The notes under the pieces: model-generated
What the model was told of the DNA's origin: nothing
Seen by the model: only the letters and a program-made list of their open reading frames with translations
Databases searched by the model: none
Position numbers and translations under genes: made by a program
NCBI GenBank assembly: GCA_963747235.1
Contig: CAVVEU010000025.1
Location: 28,209 to 92,208 of the forward strand
Direction of reading: 5' to 3'
DNA from: an uncultured Candidatus Rokubacteria bacterium
GTDB lineage: Bacteria; Methylomirabilota; Methylomirabilia; Rokubacteriales; CSP1-6
Length of the DNA: 64,000 bases
In this document: piece by piece, positions 57,820 through 64,000 of the stretch
Numbering within the stretch: the stretch's first letter is position 1
Layout: each line of letters opens with the position of its first letter

Positions 57820-59474
57820 CCGACGGCCTCGTCCTCGTCAACGGCCGCATCCGGACCCTCGACCCGCGGCGCCCCGTCGTGGCCGCGCTCGCCATCGCCG
57901 GCGGGCGCGTCGTGGCCACGGGTGGGCGCGGGGAGGTCGAGCGCCGGCGCGACCGCCGCACGCGGGTGATCGATCTGCGGGGGGCGACCGTGATCCCCGG
58001 GCTGGTCGACGCCCACGCCCACCTCGACCGCGAGGGGCTCAAGCTCATCTACCCCTCGCTCGCCCGCTGCCGCTCGATCGCCGATATTCAACGGCTCATC
58101 CGGGCGCACGCGGCCCGCCGGAAGGCGGGCGAGTGGATCGTCACGATGCCGATCGGCGCCCCGCCGTTCTACCAGGGCGTGCCCGACTGCCTGGCCGAGC
58201 GGCGCTGGCCGACGCGCGCGGACCTCGACGCCGCCGCGCCCGACCATCCGGTCTACATCCGCGGCATCTGGGGCTACTGGAACCGCCCGCCGGTCTACTC
58301 GGTGGCGAACAGCCGGGCCCTCGCGCTGGCCGGAATCACCCGTGAAACGTCGTCGCCGCCGGGCGTGGAGATCGGCAAGGACGCCGCCGGCCAGCCCACC
58401 GGCGTGTTCGTCGAGCACAATCTCATCCAGGTGCTCGAGTTCACCCTGATGCGCGCGGCGCCGCGCTTCACGCCCGAGGACCGCCTGCGCGCGCTCCGCG
58501 CCTCGCAGCGCCGCTACGCGGCCCGCGGCGTCACCGCGGTGTACGAGGGCCACGGCATCGCGCCCGAGGTGCTGGCCGCCTACCGGGAGAGCCACGCGCG
58601 GGGCGAGCTGCGCCTGCGCTGCACGCTGGCGGTCAGCCCGACGTGGGACGCGGCCGAGGCCGCGCGCGCCATCCCGCCACTGGCGGCATGGGCCGGCGGG
58701 CGCGGGCTCGGCGACGATCGCCTGCGCGTGGGCGGCGTCTGTCTGCACCACGGCGGTGACGCCGGCGTCGCCCGAATCCTGCACGCCTCGCAGCCCTACA
58801 CGGGATGGGCGGGGTTCGTGGAGAGTGCCAACGACCCCGCGGCCTATCTCGAGCAGGCCGAGCTGGCCGCGCGCCACGGGCTGCGGGTCAACACGCTGGT
58901 GACGCGCTGCCTGCCGGAGGTGCTCGACGCGTGGGAGGACGTGGCGCGGCGCCACCCGATCCGCGACCTGCGCTGGGTGCTCGTACATCTCAACGCGGCC
59001 ACCCCCGAGCAGCTCACGCGCATCCGCCGGCTCGGCGCCGTCGCCACCACCAATCCCATCTCGTATCTCTACCGCTCGGCCGGTGACGAGGTGGCGAAGC
59101 TCGGCGGCGCCGCAGACCAGCTCCTGCCCCACCGGAGCCTGGCCCGCCACCGCATCCCGTTCGGTATCGCCACCGACAACAAGCCCGCCGACCCGTGGGT
59201 CGCCTTCGCCGCGGTGGTGGCCCGCCGCGACATGCGCACCGGCGTCGTCGTGGGCCCACGCGAGCGGCTCACGCGCGCCCAGGCGCTCGTCGCGCTCACG
59301 CACGGCGGCGCCTGGGTCACGTTCGCCGAGCGCGAGCGCGGCCGGCTGGCCCCGGGCTGGGCGGCCGATCTCGCGGTGCTCGAGCACGATCCGCTGACCG
59401 CGCCGCTCGAGGCGCTGGTCGGCCAGACGGCGCGCCTCACCGTGGTCGGTGGCGAGATCGTCCACGATGCCTGA
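57807..59474 (+). CDS. Amidohydrolase-3 (YtcJ-like) family protein
   Basis: NGRIRT, IDLRGATVIPGLVDAHAH, PTRADLD, NSRAL, GRLAPGWAADLAVL, TVVGG. Confidence 0.85.
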   Translation: MDEIADGLVLVNGRIRTLDPRRPVVAALAIAGGRVVATGGRGEVERRRDRRTRVIDLRGATVIPGLVDAHAHLDREGLKLIYPSLARCRSIADIQRLIRAHAARRKAGEWIVTMPIGAPPFYQGVPDCLAERRWPTRADLDAAAPDHPVYIRGIWGYWNRPPVYSVANSRALALAGITRETSSPPGVEIGKDAAGQPTGVFVEHNLIQVLEFTLMRAAPRFTPEDRLRALRASQRRYAARGVTAVYEGHGIAPEVLAAYRESHARGELRLRCTLAVSPTWDAAEAARAIPPLAAWAGGRGLGDDRLRVGGVCLHHGGDAGVARILHASQPYTGWAGFVESANDPAAYLEQAELAARHGLRVNTLVTRCLPEVLDAWEDVARRHPIRDLRWVLVHLNAATPEQLTRIRRLGAVATTNPISYLYRSAGDEVAKLGGAADQLLPHRSLARHRIPFGIATDNKPADPWVAFAAVVARRDMRTGVVVGPRERLTRAQALVALTHGGAWVTFAERERGRLAPGWAADLAVLEHDPLTAPLEALVGQTARLTVVGGEIVHDA

Positions 59475-61353
59475 TCTGCGCTCGCCGCGGGTGTGGCTGG
59501 CGATGGCCTGGTCCACCTTCCAGCTCTACACCGCCTACGCCGGCCTCTACGACCTGCTGATCCAGCTCCCGGTGCACGTGGCGTTCGCCATCGCGCTCGG
59601 GTTCCTGACCGAGCCGACCCCCGACTCGCCCGAGGCCGCGGCCCGGCTGGCCGCGCAGCATCCCCGGCGCTGGCTCGACGGCGCCCTGGCCCTGCTGGCC
59701 TTGCTGTGCGCGGCGCATTTCATCTGGCACAACGAGCGGCTGGCGAGCCGGATGGCCATGGTGGACGATCCCGAGCGCCTGGACGTCGTCGTCGGCGTGC
59801 TCTTCACGGTGCTGCTGCTGGAAGCGTCGCGGCGTCACATCGGTCCCGCCCTGGTCATTCTGGCGCTCGTCTTCGTCGTCTACGCGTTTGTCGGCCCGTG
59901 GTTGCCCGGCTTCGTCGGCCACGGCGGCGAGACGTTTCTGAAGCTGGTGGACCAGCAGACGCTGACCACGCAGGGGATCTTCGGGATCCCGACGCTGGTC
60001 TCGGCCACGTTCATCTTCCTGTTCGTGGTCTTCGGCAGCGTAATGTCCCACGGGGGCCTGCTGCGCTTCTTCACCGATGGCGCCCTCGCGGTGGCCGGCG
60101 GCAGCCGGGGCGGCGCGGGAAAGGTCGCGGTGATCGCGAGCGGCCTGTTCGGGACGGTCAATGGCAGCGCGATCGCCAACGCGGTCACCACCGGCGCCTT
60201 CACCATCCCGCTGATGAAGCGCGCCGGCTACCGGCCGGAGTTCGCCGCCGGGGTCGAGGCCTGCGCCTCGATGGGCGGCCAGCTCATCCCGCCCGTCATG
60301 GGCGCGGCCGCCTTCATCATGGCCGAGACGCTGCAGGTGTCGTACGCCTCGATCGCGGTGGCGGCGACGATCCCCGGCATCCTCTACTTCGTGGCGGTGG
60401 GGGTGATGGTGCACTTCGAGGCCGCCCGTCGGGGTCTGCCGGTGCTGGACCGCAGCGCGCTGCCGCGGCTGGGCGCCGTCCTGCGGCGTGACCTGCACCT
60501 GCTGGGGGGGCCGGCCGTGCTCGTGTACTTCCTGGTCGACGGCCGCTCACCGCTGTTCGCCGGCTTCTGGGGGCTGGTCGCGGCGCTCGCGCTGTCGTGG
60601 GTGCGGCGGGACACCCGGATCGGGTTGGCGCGGAGCCTGGCGATCATGAGCGACAGCGCCCAGGCCGCGATGCCGGTGGCGCTCGCGTGCGCGACCGTGG
60701 GCATCGTGGTCGGCGTCGTGAGCACCACCGGGCTCGGGCTCAAGCTCGCCACCGGAATCGTCGGCCTGGCCGGGGGTAGCCTCCTCCTCACCCTGATCCT
60801 GACGATGGTCGCCGCGCTCGTGCTCGGCACCGGGCTGCCGACCTCCGCCACCTACATCATCACCTCGATCATGGCCGCTCCCGCGCTGGTCGAGCTGGGC
60901 GTCCCCAAGCTGGTCGCCCACATGTTCGTGTTCTACTTCGGGATTCTGGCCGACCTCACCCCGCCCACCGCGATCTCGACCTACGCGACCTCGTCGATCG
61001 CGGGCGCCGACGTGTGGCGCACGCAGTGGCTCGGCATGATGCTGGCGCTGTCCGGCTTCATCATTCCGTTCTCGTTCGCCTACGACCCGGCGCTGCTGCT
61101 GATCAACGCCTCCGTGCCGCACATCGTCCTGCGCACGCTGGCGGCCGCGCTGGGAATCGTCATGCTGGGTGCCGGCCTCATCGGGTACTTCCGGGCGTCG
61201 ACGCGTCTCTGGGAGCGCGCGCTCCTGCTGGCCGGCTCCCTCCTCCTGATCTTCCCCGGCTGGTGGAGCGACACCGCCGGACTTCTCTGCTTCATCGTGG
61301 TGGTCGTCTCACAGCGCGCCGCGCGTCCGGTCGGCGCCAGGGAGGGGGCGTGA
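59467..61353 (+). CDS. TRAP transporter fused 4TM/12TM permease (TAXI type)
   Basis: GIFGIP, GGAGKVAV, GSAIANAVTTG, GGQLIPPVMGAAAF, GLPTSATY, ADLTPP. Confidence 0.93.
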   Translation: MPDLRSPRVWLAMAWSTFQLYTAYAGLYDLLIQLPVHVAFAIALGFLTEPTPDSPEAAARLAAQHPRRWLDGALALLALLCAAHFIWHNERLASRMAMVDDPERLDVVVGVLFTVLLLEASRRHIGPALVILALVFVVYAFVGPWLPGFVGHGGETFLKLVDQQTLTTQGIFGIPTLVSATFIFLFVVFGSVMSHGGLLRFFTDGALAVAGGSRGGAGKVAVIASGLFGTVNGSAIANAVTTGAFTIPLMKRAGYRPEFAAGVEACASMGGQLIPPVMGAAAFIMAETLQVSYASIAVAATIPGILYFVAVGVMVHFEAARRGLPVLDRSALPRLGAVLRRDLHLLGGPAVLVYFLVDGRSPLFAGFWGLVAALALSWVRRDTRIGLARSLAIMSDSAQAAMPVALACATVGIVVGVVSTTGLGLKLATGIVGLAGGSLLLTLILTMVAALVLGTGLPTSATYIITSIMAAPALVELGVPKLVAHMFVFYFGILADLTPPTAISTYATSSIAGADVWRTQWLGMMLALSGFIIPFSFAYDPALLLINASVPHIVLRTLAAALGIVMLGAGLIGYFRASTRLWERALLLAGSLLLIFPGWWSDTAGLLCFIVVVVSQRAARPVGAREGA

Positions 61354-62723
61354 TGGCACAGGGCATCCGGGACTTCGTGGCCGGCTACGAGGGCGCCTTT
61401 CCGGGCGAGGTCGTGCGCGTGACCGATGAGGTCACGACCGAGCTCGACGTCATGGCGCTCGTGCTCGAGTACGAGCGGCGGCGGCGCTGGCCGATCCTCC
61501 TGTTCGAGAAGGTCGCCGGCGCCGACATGCCGATCATCGCCAACGTCGTGGCGAGCCGCAAGGCGCTCGCGTGGGCCCTCGGGGTGCCCGAGGCGCGCCT
61601 GGCGCAGGAATACGCGCGGCGCATCAAGGACACCATCAAGCCCACCGTCGTCGCGCGCGCGCCCTTCCACGAGCGCGTGCTGACCGGCGCCGAGCTGGAC
61701 CTCGGCCGGCTGCCGATCCCGACCTACTTCCCCGGTGACGCGGGCCGCTACCTGACCGCCGGCATGCTGGTCGCGCGCGATCCCGAGACGGGCGTGGAGA
61801 CGGAGGGCTATCACCGCTTCCAGGTCAAGGGGCGCGACCGCATGGGCGTGAGCCTCCACTCGCGCCGGCGCATGTTCGAGTACCAGCGCCGGGCCGAGGC
61901 GCGCGGCCAGGCCCTGCCGTGCGCGGTCGCGCTCGGCCTGCACCCGCTCGTGTCGATGGGCTCGCTCGCCTATCCGCCCGCCGAGGTCGGCAAGTTCGAG
62001 GTGGTCGGCGGGCTCTTCGGCGAGCCCCTGGAGGTCGCGCGGTGCACCGCGATCGACCTCACCGTCCCCGCGGCCGCCGAGATCGTGATCGAGGGCGAGA
62101 TCCTCCCCGGGGTGCGCGAGCCCGAGGGGCCGTTCGGCGAGTTCACCGGCTACTTCTCGCGCCGCTCCACCGAGCACGTCTTCCAGGCGAAGGCGATCTC
62201 GATGCGGGCCGCCCCGTGGTTCCAGTCCATCGGCTCCGGCCGCGCGGGCGACCACATCACGACGCTGGCGCTCGTGCGCGAGGCGGAGATCTGGAACGCG
62301 CTCCAGCGCGTGATCCCCAACGTGACCGGCGTCCACGTGCCGCTCTCCGGCACGTCGTCCTTCAGCGCCTACGTCGCCATCAAGCAGGGCCGCCCGGGCG
62401 AGGCCAAGCACGTGATCCCGATCGTGCTCGGGGTGGATCACTATCTCAAGCTCGTGATCGTGGTCGACGAGGACATCGACGTGTTCGACGAGTCCGACGT
62501 CATGTGGGCGGTCGCCACCCGGATGCAGGCCGACCGCGACCTCGTCACCATCGGTGGCAGCCTCGGCGCCCTGCTCGACCCGAGCGCCGACGAGCGCGGG
62601 GTGACCGCCAAGCTCGGCATCGACGCCACGCGGCCGTTCGGGGAGCCCTTCGCGGAGAAGCTCGTGATGGATCCCGCGAAGATGGCGTGGGCGCGCGCGC
62701 TGGTCGATCGCCTCGGGGGCTGA
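61353..62723 (+). CDS. UbiD-family prFMN-dependent (de)carboxylase
   Basis: LPIP...DAGRY, GYHR, AEIVIEG, EGPFGEFTGY, VVDEDIDVFD, KLGIDAT. Confidence 0.93.
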   Translation: MAQGIRDFVAGYEGAFPGEVVRVTDEVTTELDVMALVLEYERRRRWPILLFEKVAGADMPIIANVVASRKALAWALGVPEARLAQEYARRIKDTIKPTVVARAPFHERVLTGAELDLGRLPIPTYFPGDAGRYLTAGMLVARDPETGVETEGYHRFQVKGRDRMGVSLHSRRRMFEYQRRAEARGQALPCAVALGLHPLVSMGSLAYPPAEVGKFEVVGGLFGEPLEVARCTAIDLTVPAAAEIVIEGEILPGVREPEGPFGEFTGYFSRRSTEHVFQAKAISMRAAPWFQSIGSGRAGDHITTLALVREAEIWNALQRVIPNVTGVHVPLSGTSSFSAYVAIKQGRPGEAKHVIPIVLGVDHYLKLVIVVDEDIDVFDESDVMWAVATRMQADRDLVTIGGSLGALLDPSADERGVTAKLGIDATRPFGEPFAEKLVMDPAKMAWARALVDRLGG

Positions 62724-62774
62724 CCCGCGGCCGCCCCCGTGACGAGCCGATTCCACACCTCCAGGAGGTTCCTC

Positions 62775-64000
62775 ATGACCACGCCCCGCCGCATCAATGT
62801 CTCCTCCGGCCGGACCCTCGAAGAGACGGCCCACTACTCGCGCGCGGTCCGCGTCGGCGACACGGTGTTGCAAGCCGGCACGACCGCGATCGACCGGAAG
62901 GGCGACGTGCGCGGCGTCGGCGACGTCGTGAAGCAGGTCGAGACGATCATGGCCATCGCCGAGTGGAGCATGGGGAAGGCCGGCGGCCGACTCGATGACG
63001 TGGTGCGTTCCCGGATCTACGTCACCGACATGAAGGTCGCGGACCAGGCGGCGCGCGCCATCGTCCGGCGCTTCCGTGACGTCCGGCCGGCCTCCACGCT
63101 GGTCGAAGTCCGAGGGCTCGCGCGCCCGGAACAGCTCGTCGAGATCGAGCTCGAGGCCGTCGACGGCGCCGGCAAGAGCGCCCGGCGCATCGGCTCGGGA
63201 CGGTCCATCGAGGACCAGTACGCGTACTCGCGCGCGCTCCGGGTGGGCGACCGCGTGTTCATCTCCGGCAGCACCGCCCTCAACGCCGGGGTGGAATCGA
63301 CGGGCCCGGCGACATGTACCACCAGACCCGAAGCACCCTCGACACGATCTTCGCGGCACTGGCCGAGGCCGGCGGCACGCCCGCCGATCTCGTCTACACG
63401 AAGAGCTTCTTCACCGATCTCGCGCACATGGCCGATTACACGCGCGCGTGGCTGGAGGCGTTCGGCGACGTGCGGCCGACGTCCACGACGCTCGGCATCC
63501 CGGCGCTGCTGCGTCCGGAGATGCTGGTCGAGATCGAGGCGGAAGCGATCATCGGCGCCGCGAGGACACGGCGCGACGTCTACACGCAGCAGCAGCGCGA
63601 GAAGCCCCGGGGCTATGCGCGGCTCGTGGAAATAGGTGAGCGGATCTATATGAGCGGTTGCACCGACCTCGATGCGGCCGGCCAGCTCCAGGCGCCGAAC
63701 GACTGGGCGGCCCAGTACGACCACGCCCTCGAGACCGTGCGCTGGTCGCTGGATCAGGTCGGCGCCTCCCTCGACGACGTCGTCCGGCGCCAGACGTTCA
63801 CCGTCGATCGCGCGCAGGTGAATCGTCCGCCCGGTCAGGGCCCGGCGTACTTTGCCGGCAGCCGACCCGCGTCGATGGGCTGTCGCATCATGGGCCTCGG
63901 GCGGCCGGAGCTGCTCGTCGAGGTCGAGGTGATGGCCGTGAAGGGCGCCGGCACCGGGATCGAAGCGATCGGTCCGGATCCGGTGGATCCGGTCGATCGC
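62775..64000 (+). CDS. Rid (YjgF/YER057c/UK114) protein with three tandem domains (frameshift ~63295; runs to window end)
   Basis: Three repeats of YSRA.RVGD...GTT / RP.S / LVEIE.EA; AGGAGG RBS. Confidence 0.85.

Overview
GC-rich bacterial chromosomal segment. Gene content and style suggest Candidatus Rokubacteria / Methylomirabilota (inference only). About 25 single-base frameshifts break genes, including essential ones, and look like long-read indel errors. Left 14 kb: the dcw cluster (mraZ-rsmH-ftsL-ftsI-murE-murF-mraY-murD-ftsW-murC-murB-ftsQ-ftsA), lacking murG and ddl at tightly joined junctions. Next: an M48 peptidase, an orphan minor pilin, and an amidase with a DppABC-type transporter that has no ATPase. 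The most unusual locus is 20.9-27.3 kb. A ~1370-aa hybrid (sigma54 enhancer-binding AAA+/HTH + degenerate class III cyclase + STAND ATPase + TPR) sits divergently from a Ros/MucR zinc-finger gene. The intergenic region holds a sigma54 -24/-12 promoter, an IHF site and a palindromic UAS. Converging on the activator are an ATP-grasp ligase and a 65-aa very basic protein. The rest: IOR-sodC, tesA/ybbA/ybbP, RluA, SDR, a zincless-finger Fpg, thiolase, PatB, lipoprotein + FecR/DUF6600, a sigma54-driven pilin, a two-component system with degP, a sulfur cluster (4-domain rhodanese, SseA, thiol dioxygenase, Prx6), and a TAXI-TRAP/amidohydrolase/UbiD/triple-Rid catabolic operon running off the right end. 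I found no rRNA, tRNA, CRISPR array or transposase. Small REP-like repeats and several apparently leaderless genes are present.
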